From Candidatus Saccharimonadota bacterium (GTDB lineage Bacteria; Patescibacteriota; Saccharimonadia; Saccharimonadales; Saccharimonadaceae): a DNA stretch of 64,000 nucleotides. The notes under the pieces are model-generated. The model searched no databases. It worked only from the letters and a program-made list of their open reading frames with translations, and was not told the origin of the DNA. This document shows, in pieces, positions 28,750 through 38,569 of this stretch (position 1 is its first letter; every line of letters starts with the position of its first letter). Made by a program: the position numbers and the translations under genes. The DNA lies in the NCBI GenBank assembly GCA_017431105.1, contig JAFRLS010000036.1:2594-66593 (forward strand), in the 5' to 3' direction.

Positions 28750-29487
28750 ATGGATAATAATCAGATGCCGACTGTGCAGCCTAGCGTGCCAGCTCCACAA
28801 TCAACCGTGCCGACTTCGCAACAAGTAAAGGCGGTAGGAATGAAAGATAATAGTGGCTTAATTAAAACTATAGTTATAATTATATTGAGTTTGATTGCCG
28901 TGACTTTTATCGGGCTTTTTATATGGATGTTTGTTCGATATGATGATGCGAGTACAGACTTAAATAGTAAGATTAACGCGGCAGTGGCAGAAGCAGAAGA
29001 AGAGCAAGCAATTAAGCTCGAGAAAGAATTTGCGGAGCGCGAAAAAGACCCATATAAGACGTTTTCTGGGCCAGCTGATTATGGTCAATTGACTTTTAAA
29101 TACCCAAAGACCTGGAGTGTTTATATTGCCTCTGATGCGGCGAAAGGTGGGGATTTTAACGCATATTTTAATCCAATTGAAGTCAATCCGGTTTCAAATG
29201 CTACGGTTAATGCTTTAAGATTAACCATTCGCGATAAGGATTTTGAGAGTGTAGCTAGTGAATATCAAAGAGTTATGGAGGGTCGTGATTCGAATTTAAA
29301 TATGGAATCCATTACCGTAGCTGGTGGTGCCGCTAATCGTTATTCTGGCACTATGCCGGGCACAGAATTTAATGGTATTGTTGTGATTTTTAAGATTCGT
29401 GATAAGACTGCGATTTTGCAAACAGATTCGATATTATTTGAGGGAGATTTTAATAAACTTCTAGAGACGATTACTTTCAACGTCTAA
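28750..29487 (+). CDS. Hypothetical single-pass membrane protein (PsbP/Mog1-like extracellular fold suspected)
   Basis: Pro/Gln-rich N-terminus, TM, coiled coil, FKYPKTW motif; start chosen 6 nt after TGTTATAAT. Confidence 0.65.
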   Translation: MDNNQMPTVQPSVPAPQSTVPTSQQVKAVGMKDNSGLIKTIVIIILSLIAVTFIGLFIWMFVRYDDASTDLNSKINAAVAEAEEEQAIKLEKEFAEREKDPYKTFSGPADYGQLTFKYPKTWSVYIASDAAKGGDFNAYFNPIEVNPVSNATVNALRLTIRDKDFESVASEYQRVMEGRDSNLNMESITVAGGAANRYSGTMPGTEFNGIVVIFKIRDKTAILQTDSILFEGDFNKLLETITFNV

Positions 29488-29504
29488 TATGTTATAATGG
29501 GGGT

Positions 29505-30239
29505 ATGGATGAGGAGGTAGAGTCTATTTTGGTGGCAAGTCAGAAGGTGGGTACCGGTTTTGTTAATAATATAGATGGGATTTTAGTAGCAGCACATGAA
29601 CTAAAGGCGCCGTTGGCAGTAATTAGGCAACTAGCATTGTCGCTTGACGGCCTAGATGTCTCTGGTCAGGAAATTCGTTCAGAGATTATAAGCGTATCTG
29701 AACGTGCAATTAAACAAGTGAATGATTTAACTAAAATTAGGCGTTTAGAAGATGGTTTGTTTGAGATGGAGCCAGTGGCAATTCGGGCGGTTTGTGATGA
29801 TGCAACTAGGGAACTGGCATATTTGTTTAGATTTAATAAAAGAGATTTGTTTGTTAAGTATTCAAATCGTTCACCATTAGTGACAGCAAATCGTGATTTA
29901 TTACATAGCGTGATATATAATTTTTTGCTAAACGCGATGCATTATTCTGGCGAAGAAACACGTTCGGAGTTATTGGTGCGAGATTTTCATGAAAAAGTTA
30001 AGGTGATAGTGCGGGATTATGGCCCAGCTTTGCCGATGGATGTGTGGCGCGAGATGAAACGTGGTTGGATTGAAAAACCAACTTCGATTGCGATGCGTCC
30101 AGGGTCTTCTGGGTTAGGGCTCTATATAGCTTCACGTTTTTCTCGTTATATGCATGCTGAGGTTGGCGCAGTAAGGCATCGCGACGGTACGAGTTTTTAT
30201 GTTGAACTGCCGAAGTCTCGGCAAGTGAGTTTGTTCTAA
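29505..30239 (+). CDS. Histidine kinase lacking a sensor domain
   Basis: H-box AHELKAPL, N-box NFLLNAMHY, DYGP and GLGLYI; only about 30 aa precede the H-box. Confidence 0.88.
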   Translation: MDEEVESILVASQKVGTGFVNNIDGILVAAHELKAPLAVIRQLALSLDGLDVSGQEIRSEIISVSERAIKQVNDLTKIRRLEDGLFEMEPVAIRAVCDDATRELAYLFRFNKRDLFVKYSNRSPLVTANRDLLHSVIYNFLLNAMHYSGEETRSELLVRDFHEKVKVIVRDYGPALPMDVWREMKRGWIEKPTSIAMRPGSSGLGLYIASRFSRYMHAEVGAVRHRDGTSFYVELPKSRQVSLF

Positions 30240-30586
30240 TGATTTTTGTGATTGATGACGATAAAATTATGGCTGAATGCATTGCGCGAGCATGTAAAAA
30301 GCCAGCGAAAATTTTTTCGAACGCAATTGAAGCGATGGATGCTATATCGGATGGTGAATTGCCAGAATTAATTTTTTTGGATATTTTATTGGATGGACCG
30401 GATGGTTTTACATTTTTGAACGAATTAATTTCGTATGACGATACCGCAAAGATTCCGATAATAATTGTGAGTTCGCTCGATCTTGAAGGACGGGATTTAA
30501 GCATTTATGGTGTGATTGGTATTTTAAATAAAGAAAAAATGTTACCAGGGGAGATAAAAGATTATGTCGATAAATACACAAAATGA
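30239..30586 (+). CDS. Single-domain response regulator (CheY-like)
   Basis: VIDDD, FLDILLDGPDG and IIIVSS..LNK receiver motifs. Confidence 0.88.
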   Translation: MIFVIDDDKIMAECIARACKKPAKIFSNAIEAMDAISDGELPELIFLDILLDGPDGFTFLNELISYDDTAKIPIIIVSSLDLEGRDLSIYGVIGILNKEKMLPGEIKDYVDKYTK

Positions 30587-31250
30587 TGTCAGAACCCTGG
30601 CGTACGTTTTGAAGCGTACGAATTATAATGAAGCAGACAGGATTATTAATGTAATTACGCCGAAAGGAAAAACTTCGGCAATTGCAAAAGGGGTGCGCAG
30701 AGAAAAATCGAAGTTAGCTGGCGGGATAGAAATGTTTTCTTTGGTCGAATTGAATATCCATCGTGGCAAAGGTGAAATTGGCGTAGTAACAAGTGCGAAA
30801 ATGTTGAAATATTACGGTAACCTGATGTCGGACTTTAAAAAAATGGAATTTGCGGCGTTAGTCTTAAAAAAGATTAGTTTGGCAGCTGAGAGCTCGGATA
30901 ATCCAGAGTATTTTAAAATAATTGATCAGAGCCTGGCTTGTCTTAATAGTGGTTTAAATATGGCGTTGGTAGAAAGTTGGTTTTGGTTGAACTTGCTGAA
31001 GGCATCTGGTGAGGAAGTTAATTTATATCGTGATGCAGATGGGAAAAAGTTATCGGCGGAATGTAGGTATGTTTGGGATGTTATGGATAATGCTTTTATT
31101 GAAAAAAAGAATGGCGATTATGGTGCGGATGAAATTAAAGTATTAAGATTGATTTTAACTGCAGATTTAGGTGTGGTGGCCAGAATAAAAGATATTGATA
31201 GAATGACTCCAGGAATTTTGAAACTGGCGCATATCGTGAGTAAAATTTAA
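30564..31250 (+). CDS. recO: DNA repair protein RecO
   Basis: VLKRTNYNEADRI...GK..AIAKGVRREKSKLAG. Confidence 0.9.
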   Translation: MSINTQNDVRTLAYVLKRTNYNEADRIINVITPKGKTSAIAKGVRREKSKLAGGIEMFSLVELNIHRGKGEIGVVTSAKMLKYYGNLMSDFKKMEFAALVLKKISLAAESSDNPEYFKIIDQSLACLNSGLNMALVESWFWLNLLKASGEEVNLYRDADGKKLSAECRYVWDVMDNAFIEKKNGDYGADEIKVLRLILTADLGVVARIKDIDRMTPGILKLAHIVSKI

Positions 31251-31295
31251 GCATAAATGAAATATATGATAGAATATTAAAAAAGGAGAGGCAAA

Positions 31296-31799
31296 ATGGA
31301 AAAAAAAGGTGTAAAAAAGGAGAAAACACAAAAGAAAAATGTGCAGAAAAATAATAAATTAATAGCTATTGTGATTGCGGTTGTGGTTGCAGCGTTAGTA
31401 ATCATTATTGCAGTGGTAATAGGGTTGAATCTATGTGCTTCAGAAAAAATTGATGATAGCTATTTTGTCTCTGATGACAAAAAAATCGTATTATCATTAA
31501 ACGATGAAATGGCCGGCTTCGTGAACGGGGAATTTGAACCTAGCATTACCCATTTAGTTTATTATTATAGCGGTGACAAAATTAATAATGTTAAAATATT
31601 CTTTGCCTATAATGACGAAAAGGAGGCTAAGGCAGCTTATGATGAAATAGGCGAGGATTATAAGGAATGGGCATCTAATAAAGAGCTGAATGGGAAATAT
31701 ATTGTTTTTCGGACCGATAACGAGCCATATGAAAATTTATCCGTTGAAACATTGCGTAGTGATATTGAAAGTATAAAAGCTGTTGGCGGCGCATTGTGA
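31296..31799 (+). CDS. Hypothetical membrane-anchored protein (paralog A)
   Basis: N-terminal TM; shares IDDSYFVSDD, VYYYSGDKI and LNGKY with 32484-32984. Confidence 0.75.
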   Translation: MEKKGVKKEKTQKKNVQKNNKLIAIVIAVVVAALVIIIAVVIGLNLCASEKIDDSYFVSDDKKIVLSLNDEMAGFVNGEFEPSITHLVYYYSGDKINNVKIFFAYNDEKEAKAAYDEIGEDYKEWASNKELNGKYIVFRTDNEPYENLSVETLRSDIESIKAVGGAL

Positions 31800-31829
31800 T
31801 ATAATATAGAGTACTAAATAGGAGATATT

Positions 31830-32441
31830 ATGGCAGACTTTAATAAAGTTTTGACCCCGGGGGATTATGAAAATGGTGAGTTAAATGTAGTGATTGAAAT
31901 CCCAACTGGTTCCAATCATAAAATTGAGTGGGATAGGAAGCACGCTTGCTTTATGTTAGATCGCGTAGAACCAATGGCGTTTGCTAAGCCATGTAACTAT
32001 GGCTTTATTCCTCAAACTATCGATGAAGATGGTGATGAATTAGATGTTTTGATGATTACAGAACAACCACTTACGACTGGTATTTGGATGAAGGCCAAGA
32101 TTCTCGGCGTAATGAAGTTTGTGGATGGTGGTGAAGTCGACGACAAAATTATTTGTGTCCCAGCAGACGATCGCAATAATGGCGATGCTTATAACAAATT
32201 GGAGGATTTGCCAAAGCAGACTTTAAAACAAATTGAATATCACTTTAATCATTATAAAGATTTGAAGAAGCCTGGCTCGACTGAAGTTAAGAGTTTTGAT
32301 GGTGTTGCGGAGGCCAAGAAGATTATCAAGGCGGCAATTGATCGCTTTGTGGACGAACATCCAGCAGAAAAAGCCAAGGCTAGCTTAAAAGATTTAGCGA
32401 GTGGTGCTAAAGAAGCATTTAAAGAAATTAGTAATAAATAA
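31830..32441 (+). CDS. ppa: Inorganic pyrophosphatase (family I)
   Basis: NYGFIPQT, DEDGDELD and DDKI motifs. Confidence 0.95.
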   Translation: MADFNKVLTPGDYENGELNVVIEIPTGSNHKIEWDRKHACFMLDRVEPMAFAKPCNYGFIPQTIDEDGDELDVLMITEQPLTTGIWMKAKILGVMKFVDGGEVDDKIICVPADDRNNGDAYNKLEDLPKQTLKQIEYHFNHYKDLKKPGSTEVKSFDGVAEAKKIIKAAIDRFVDEHPAEKAKASLKDLASGAKEAFKEISNK

Positions 32442-32443
32442 TG

Positions 32444-32471
32444 AAAAAGCCCCCGTTAATGGGGGCTTTTT
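32444..32471. terminator. Bidirectional intrinsic terminator
   Basis: AAAAAGCCCCC-GTTAAT-GGGGGCTTTTT between convergent genes. Confidence 0.85.
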
Positions 32472-32483
32472 GTTGAGCATTCT

Positions 32484-32984
32484 TTATTCCTCATCTTCTA
32501 TATCATCTGAATCCATATTCTGGAACATTTCCATGAGTTCGATTTGCTCTTGGACGTCGGAAGCCGTGAGGTCTTCATATTCTGATGAGTCATTCGTTAT
32601 AACGAAATATTTTCCGTTAAGAGAAACATCGGCACCATCTAATTCCCCGGAAGCTTTGAGTGCGTCGTAGGCTTCTTTAGCGGCATCGGCATTCTCGTAT
32701 TCGTGATAAGTTTTCATGCCAGTGATCTTATCACCAGAATAGTAATAAACGACATGCGATACGAGTGGCGCGTATTCGGCATACTCATCATCTTCGTAAT
32801 CGAGATTATCGCTAGTTAGGCTAATTACGTACTTAGAGTCATCGGAAACGAAGTACGAATCGTCGATTGGAGCTGAACCTTTAGTCGCGAAAACAATAGC
32901 AATGATTGCTATGACAACAACGACGACAGCAGCGCATATGCAGATGATTAAATTTTTATTATCTTTCTTGGTTTTTTCAGTCAT
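32484..32984 (-). CDS. Hypothetical membrane-anchored acidic protein (paralog B)
   Basis: N-terminal TM; homologous to 31296-31799; SD AAGGAG. Confidence 0.78.
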   Translation of the reverse strand: MTEKTKKDNKNLIICICAAVVVVVIAIIAIVFATKGSAPIDDSYFVSDDSKYVISLTSDNLDYEDDEYAEYAPLVSHVVYYYSGDKITGMKTYHEYENADAAKEAYDALKASGELDGADVSLNGKYFVITNDSSEYEDLTASDVQEQIELMEMFQNMDSDDIEDEE

Positions 32985-33024
32985 AATATTACTCCTTTTA
33001 TATTTCTATTATACTATAGATTAA

Positions 33025-34368
33025 TTACAAGTCGGAGGTTTTAGCACGGATTTGTTCGGTAGTATCGCGATCACGAATAGTAACAGTGTCATCTTCCAGA
33101 GTATCGAAGTCGATTACGACGCATTTTGGTGTTCCAATTTCATCTTGTTTGCGATAGCGTTTGCCGATATTGCCAGAATCGTCCCATGTGACATTGCCAT
33201 ATTTATTACGAAGTTGGCTATAGACGGATTTAGCTTTTTCGACAAGTTCCGGTTTATTTTTAAGAAGTGGGGAAACACAGAATTTATATGGCGCAAGGTT
33301 TTCTGGAAGTTTTAGAACAACGCGTTTGTCACCGTTAATTTCCTCTTCGGCGTATGCGGTAGATAATACAGCTAAGAATAATCTTTCGACGCCAATTGAT
33401 GGCTCAATAACATGCGGAATGAATGTTTCGCCGGTATTTTTATCGCGGTAAGCCATGGATTTACCTGATTCATGCTCGATATTTGAAAGATCGAAATCTG
33501 TACGGTAAGCGAGACCCATAAGTTCTTCTTCGCCGTTTGGATAATCAAACATAAAATCAATGGTACGTTTACTATAATGTGCGCGATCTTCAGCGGGCAC
33601 TTCGAACTCATGGATATTTTCGGAATTTAGCCCAATTATATTTTCAAGGAATTCATGTTGCATTTTACGCATGTATTCAAAATTTTCTTCCCAAGTATCT
33701 GGGCGCACAAAATATTCAATTTCCATTTGCGAACATTCGCGGTCGCGCAAAATAAAATCGCGTGGGGAAATTTCATTGCGAAAGGCTTTGCCTTGTTGCG
33801 CAATACCGAAAGGCAAATCTGGATAAATCGTGTCAACAATATTTTTATAATTAGTAAAAATACCCTGGGCAGTTTCAGGACGAAGATAGGCGACATTTTT
33901 TTCAACAGTAGTTTCGTCGTCGTCCGGCAGAACTGCGCCAACATGAGTTCTGAACATCATATTAAATTTGCGAATTGGTCCCCAGTTTTCTTTGCCGCAA
34001 ATTGGGCATTTGGTGCGTGTAGCCAAGAATTCTTCAGTCGTAACGGACTCGGAAATATTATCAGCGATTTTGTCAGCGCGAAAACGAGATTTACATTCTT
34101 TGCATTCAACCAATGGATCGGCAAAAGTGGCTATGTGACCAGATGCAGCCCAAGTGCGAGGATTCATGATGATAGCAGCGTCGACACCATACATATTGTC
34201 GTGGTTTTCTACAAAGAACTTCCACCATTCGTCCATGATTTTCTTTTTTAAATCGACGCCGAGTGGGCCAAAATCCCAAGTACCAGCCATTCCGCCATAA
34301 ATGTCGCTGCCAGGGAAGATGAAACCGCGGCGTTTACATAAACTTACAATTTCTTCTAATTTACTCAT
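33025..34368 (-). CDS. glyQS: Glycine--tRNA ligase (alpha2 homodimeric type)
   Basis: LCKRRGF, YLRPETAQG, FRNEISPR and PHVIEPS motifs plus an anticodon-binding domain. Confidence 0.95.
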   Translation of the reverse strand: MSKLEEIVSLCKRRGFIFPGSDIYGGMAGTWDFGPLGVDLKKKIMDEWWKFFVENHDNMYGVDAAIIMNPRTWAASGHIATFADPLVECKECKSRFRADKIADNISESVTTEEFLATRTKCPICGKENWGPIRKFNMMFRTHVGAVLPDDDETTVEKNVAYLRPETAQGIFTNYKNIVDTIYPDLPFGIAQQGKAFRNEISPRDFILRDRECSQMEIEYFVRPDTWEENFEYMRKMQHEFLENIIGLNSENIHEFEVPAEDRAHYSKRTIDFMFDYPNGEEELMGLAYRTDFDLSNIEHESGKSMAYRDKNTGETFIPHVIEPSIGVERLFLAVLSTAYAEEEINGDKRVVLKLPENLAPYKFCVSPLLKNKPELVEKAKSVYSQLRNKYGNVTWDDSGNIGKRYRKQDEIGTPKCVVIDFDTLEDDTVTIRDRDTTEQIRAKTSDL

Positions 34369-34385
34369 GGTATAATTATATCATG
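34366..34385. promoter_or_regulatory. Bidirectional leaderless extended -10 promoter pair
   Basis: CATGGTATAATTATATCATG reads TGn-TATAAT-6 nt-ATG on both strands. Confidence 0.75.
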
Positions 34386-36158
34386 AATACAAAGAAGAAA
34401 GCCGGCAGTTTTAAACGGACGTTGTACTATTTTTGGAAAGCTTTGATGCAATACAAAGTGCGGACAATTTTGGTGCTAATTTTGGTGCCAGTGTGGATTT
34501 TTATTTCAAATGTGCTAGTGCCGTTGGGGACTTCAGGTATTTTGGGGAAGTTATCGACTGGGGATTTTGAGATTAATAATTATGTCGGTATATTGCTTTT
34601 AACGATTGTACCAGCGGCAATCAATAATCTTGGTGTGATTCGAGCGATTGATTGGCTAGATTGGTCGCTTGATGCAAAATGTGGGGAGTATTTGTCGCAA
34701 CTAGCTTTTGTGGCCGTCATAAATCAGTCGATGACTTTTCATAGCGATAGATTTTCTGGTTCTTTAACTTCGGCAGCAAATAAATTACCAGGTGCATTTA
34801 TTGATTTGAAATCTAATTTCGTATGGGATATATACCCATTAATTTTGACGGTGATTTACTCGATTGGAGCTGCAGCTGTAGTTTGTTTGCCATTTGCTAT
34901 GATATTGGCCACGTATGCGTTGATTTATATGGTAGTAGCAATTACCACATACTATAAGACTAGGCACGTAGATGAGAATTTGGCCAATGCTGAAAATAAA
35001 CAAACTGGTCAGCTTGCGGACGCAATTACCAATGAGATGTCGGTAAAGTCTTATGCGCGCGAGAATTTGGAAAAATTACGTTTTAGTAACGCTACAAAAA
35101 GGACTAAGGAGGCGACTTTTAGTGTGGCTAAAGTTTCTTTTTGGCGTAATTTATCGATGAATGTTATAAATGCAATTACTTATGCAGCAATTTTAGTATT
35201 GATTGTAATGAGCCACGATTTGTTTGGACTAACGATTGCCAATATTGTATTTCTATATTCATTATCTAATTCGCTTTTGTCGAACGTATGGACAATTAAT
35301 CATATTTTAAGAACCATCAATCGTGCGTTTGGCAACGCAAAAGAAATGGTGGAGATTTTGGACTTGCCTTATATTATTGATGATAAAACTGACAAACCAT
35401 TAAAGGTGAGTGATGCGGAGATTGATATATCACATATCAATTTTCAACATCATGAACAAAAAGAAAAGCTGTTTACTGATTTTAGCTTGAATATACCGGC
35501 AGGGAAAAGCGTGGGGTTGGTTGGCGTGTCTGGTTCGGGCAAATCGACTTTAACTAAATTATTACTTAGATTTGACGATGTGCTTAAAGGCGCAATTTAT
35601 ATTGACGGACAAGATATTCGTGATGTGACGCAAAAGAGTTTGCGGGAGGCGATTGCGTATGTACCGCAAGAATCATCACTGTTCCATCGTTCGATTTTTG
35701 AAAATATTGCCTACGGCAGGCCAGATGCTACAGAAGATGAAGTGTATGAGGCAGCTAGACTTGCAAATGCTGATGAATTTATTAATCAATTGCCGGATGG
35801 CTATGATACGCTAGTGGGCGAGCGTGGCGTAAAGTTGTCTGGTGGGCAAAGACAACGTGTTGCGATTGCAAGAGCGATTTTAAGGGATGCACCGATTTTA
35901 GTGCTAGATGAAGCAACTTCGGCTTTAGATTCTGAGTCTGAGACTTTGATTCAGGAAGCTCTACGTAATTTAATGCAAGGTAGAACCTCGATTGTGGTGG
36001 CACACAGGTTGTCGACGATTGCAGGGCTAGACGAAATTGTAGTTTTGAAGGACGGCAAAATCGTGGAACAAGGCTCGCATCAAGCGCTGCTAAAAAAAGG
36101 TGGGGAATATGCGAAACTATGGTCTAGACAGTCGGGTGCTTTTCTCGAGGAAAAATAA
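34383..36158 (+). CDS. ABC exporter, fused permease/ATPase
   Basis: N-terminal TM domain; GVSGSGKS, LSGGQ and LDEATSALD motifs. Confidence 0.93.
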   Translation: MNTKKKAGSFKRTLYYFWKALMQYKVRTILVLILVPVWIFISNVLVPLGTSGILGKLSTGDFEINNYVGILLLTIVPAAINNLGVIRAIDWLDWSLDAKCGEYLSQLAFVAVINQSMTFHSDRFSGSLTSAANKLPGAFIDLKSNFVWDIYPLILTVIYSIGAAAVVCLPFAMILATYALIYMVVAITTYYKTRHVDENLANAENKQTGQLADAITNEMSVKSYARENLEKLRFSNATKRTKEATFSVAKVSFWRNLSMNVINAITYAAILVLIVMSHDLFGLTIANIVFLYSLSNSLLSNVWTINHILRTINRAFGNAKEMVEILDLPYIIDDKTDKPLKVSDAEIDISHINFQHHEQKEKLFTDFSLNIPAGKSVGLVGVSGSGKSTLTKLLLRFDDVLKGAIYIDGQDIRDVTQKSLREAIAYVPQESSLFHRSIFENIAYGRPDATEDEVYEAARLANADEFINQLPDGYDTLVGERGVKLSGGQRQRVAIARAILRDAPILVLDEATSALDSESETLIQEALRNLMQGRTSIVVAHRLSTIAGLDEIVVLKDGKIVEQGSHQALLKKGGEYAKLWSRQSGAFLEEK

Positions 36159-37365
36159 CCTGATCTTTGATTGAATCGGGTAGATAATTTTTGTCGAGAT
36201 GAAAGCCGGCTTCCCATTTTTGACCTTTGCCGTAGCCTAAATCTTTCATGAGCTTGGTGGGGGCGTTGCGAAGCCAAATCGGTACTGGTTCGTTCATGGT
36301 TTTACGAGCTAGGTCGAGGGCGGTGTACCAGGCATCGGTGGTAGCGCGGGATTTTCTACTGAGACTTAAAGCGATGGCGGTATGAGCTAAAATTAGCCCA
36401 GACTCTGGCATACCAACTCGTTCTACGGCTTGAAAACAGGCGGTAGCAAGGCTAAGTGCACCGTTACCAACTAGCCCGATGTCTTCGGAAGCAAAAATAA
36501 CCATGCGGCGGGCAATAAATTTTGGATCTTCACCAGCTTGAACCATACGAGCAAGATAGTATAGGGCTGCGTCGACGTCGGAGCCACGCATGGATTTAAT
36601 GAAGGCTGAAATAGTATCATAATGATTATCACCCTTCTTGTCATAGCCGGGCATTTTTTTGCCGGCAGCTTCTACCACGACATCTTTAGTGATTTTATTA
36701 GATAAGTTTAGAGCGAGTTCTAGATCACCAAGAGCGGAGCGGGCATCACCACCGGAAAGTTCAGCAATGTAGTCAAGGGCCTCAGCCGAGATAGATGGAG
36801 TTTTGGTTTTGGAGTTTTTTAATTTAGTATCAGTGTTGATAATTTTGATTTTTTCGGTTTCTGTTGCGCGTTTTAATACATTTAAAATAGCTTCTTTTGA
36901 TAGTGGCTTTACTATTACTACGCGAGAGCGAGAAAGAAGTGGGGAGATGACTTCGAAAGATGGATTTTCGGTGGTAGCACCAATTAGTGTAATTAAGCCG
37001 GATTCGACGTGAGGCAAGAATGCATCCTGTTGGGCTTTGTTAAAACGATGAATTTCATCAACGAACAATACAGTACGAATTTTAAGATTCCAGTTGGTTT
37101 TGGCACGAACTACTACTTCTTCGACATCTTTTTTGCCGGCGGTAACGGCTGAGATTTCTACGAAATCAGCTTTGAATTCGTGAGCTAGAATGCGTGCAAG
37201 GGTAGTTTTGCCAGTACCGGGAGGGCCCCAGAAAATGAGATTAACTGGCTCTTTATTTTTGACGATTTCGGTTAATATTTTACCGTCCCCAATAATATCT
37301 TCCTGGCCCAAAACATCAGTTAATTTGGTTGGTCGCATACGCTCGGCTAGGGGAATTCTATTCAT
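36124..37365 (-). CDS. rarA: Replication-associated recombination protein A (RarA/MgsA)
   Basis: PLAERMRP, GPPGTGKT, DEIHRFNKAQQD, FIKSMRGSD and SEDIG motifs. Confidence 0.95.
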   Translation of the reverse strand: MNRIPLAERMRPTKLTDVLGQEDIIGDGKILTEIVKNKEPVNLIFWGPPGTGKTTLARILAHEFKADFVEISAVTAGKKDVEEVVVRAKTNWNLKIRTVLFVDEIHRFNKAQQDAFLPHVESGLITLIGATTENPSFEVISPLLSRSRVVIVKPLSKEAILNVLKRATETEKIKIINTDTKLKNSKTKTPSISAEALDYIAELSGGDARSALGDLELALNLSNKITKDVVVEAAGKKMPGYDKKGDNHYDTISAFIKSMRGSDVDAALYYLARMVQAGEDPKFIARRMVIFASEDIGLVGNGALSLATACFQAVERVGMPESGLILAHTAIALSLSRKSRATTDAWYTALDLARKTMNEPVPIWLRNAPTKLMKDLGYGKGQKWEAGFHLDKNYLPDSIKDQVIFPREKHPTV

Positions 37366-37446
37366 AAAACTATTATATTAAAAATGTTTACAAAATAAAA
37401 TTTTTTATGCTATGATTGAGTTAGTAATAACTAAAGGAGTTATAAA

Positions 37447-37821
37447 ATGGAAGATCTTCTAACATCATTAACGACGGGTTTGACGTCCACTGGGCCTAGT
37501 GGTTGGGAATATGCAAGCGTGATCATTGGAGCGCTTGGTGCTGTTTGTCTATGGGTTCTCTTTACTTTTGTTATCAAAGGTGGCGAGAAGCGCACTCCAG
37601 CGGCGGAAGCAAAAGGATTCTTTCTTTTCCGTGGTAACTTTGCGCTTGATTTAGCAATGATCGTTTATTGGTATATGACTTTGAGGACTTTGGTTTCTTC
37701 ATTCGAGCTTTTGTCAGCCCCTTATGGTTTCTGGGAATTTATCAAAGTGGTTGTTGGTCAATTAATTTGGTACCGCTTTGTATACGAAATTATTAAAGCT
37801 GTCGTTAAGAAAAATAGCTAA
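37447..37821 (+). CDS. Hypothetical small membrane protein
   Basis: About 3 hydrophobic segments; has its own promoter, SD AAAGGAG and terminator. Confidence 0.75.
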   Translation: MEDLLTSLTTGLTSTGPSGWEYASVIIGALGAVCLWVLFTFVIKGGEKRTPAAEAKGFFLFRGNFALDLAMIVYWYMTLRTLVSSFELLSAPYGFWEFIKVVVGQLIWYRFVYEIIKAVVKKNS

Positions 37822-37831
37822 TAATAATTTT

Positions 37832-37861
37832 AAAAATCTCCCTTCTGAAGGGAGATTTTTT
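37832..37861. terminator. Bidirectional intrinsic terminator
   Basis: AAAAATCTCCCTTC-T-GAAGGGAGATTTTT. Confidence 0.85.
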
Positions 37862-38510
37862 AGTGTAATAATTTTTGGACGCGGTTAGCTACGCCTTCGT
37901 TACCATCTATTAAGATAGTTTCGGGGAAGAAGGCTAAGATTTCATTTTTAATAAGTGAATAATGTGTACAGCCTAAAACAATTACATCGGGTTTTTTTAT
38001 GTTTTTCAATAATTCTTCCAGTTTTTTATTAATAGCATTAAAATTATCTTTTGGTAAATTTAGTTCTATAGTGTTGGCAAGACCGGGGCAGGCTAAAAGT
38101 TGGATGTTTTGGTGTGGTCTTTGATTTTCTTCTAGGAGTGCTTTAGTGCGTTCAGATTTTATAGTGCCTGGCGTGGCCATGACGAGAATGTTTTTAGCGT
38201 TGGTAGCGACGGCTAATTTGATGGCTGGTTCGGTACCGACAAATTTCAATTCTGGATAATCTTGGCGGAGTTTAGCAATGCATTTGGTAGTTGCGGTATT
38301 ACATGCGATTACTATGATTTTGGCGCCCCATTTTTTGAGTGCGTCTACGTTGGCTTTGGCTATTTCGTAAAGTTCGGTGTCGGATTTTTCGCCGTAAGGG
38401 CAATTTTTGGAGTCGGCAATATAAAAATACTCTTCGCTTGGAAGAAGTTTTTTAATGGCATTAAGTATAGTGGTGCCACCGATGCCGGAATCGAATACGC
38501 CGATTTTCAT
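37860..38510 (-). CDS. murI: Glutamate racemase
   Basis: FDSGIGG, PYG, IACNTAT and LGCTHY motifs. Confidence 0.95.
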   Translation of the reverse strand: MKIGVFDSGIGGTTILNAIKKLLPSEEYFYIADSKNCPYGEKSDTELYEIAKANVDALKKWGAKIIVIACNTATTKCIAKLRQDYPELKFVGTEPAIKLAVATNAKNILVMATPGTIKSERTKALLEENQRPHQNIQLLACPGLANTIELNLPKDNFNAINKKLEELLKNIKKPDVIVLGCTHYSLIKNEILAFFPETILIDGNEGVANRVQKLLH

Positions 38511-38569
38511 GCTCTATATTATACTATAGATGAAGGTTTGTAGTATAATTTGTGAAAAGAGGAGGTTAT

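Noticed and set aside
33655-34251. 198-aa plus-strand ORF and other long antisense ORFs in the track
   Set aside because: They lie fully opposite conserved genes, with no motifs or expression signals.
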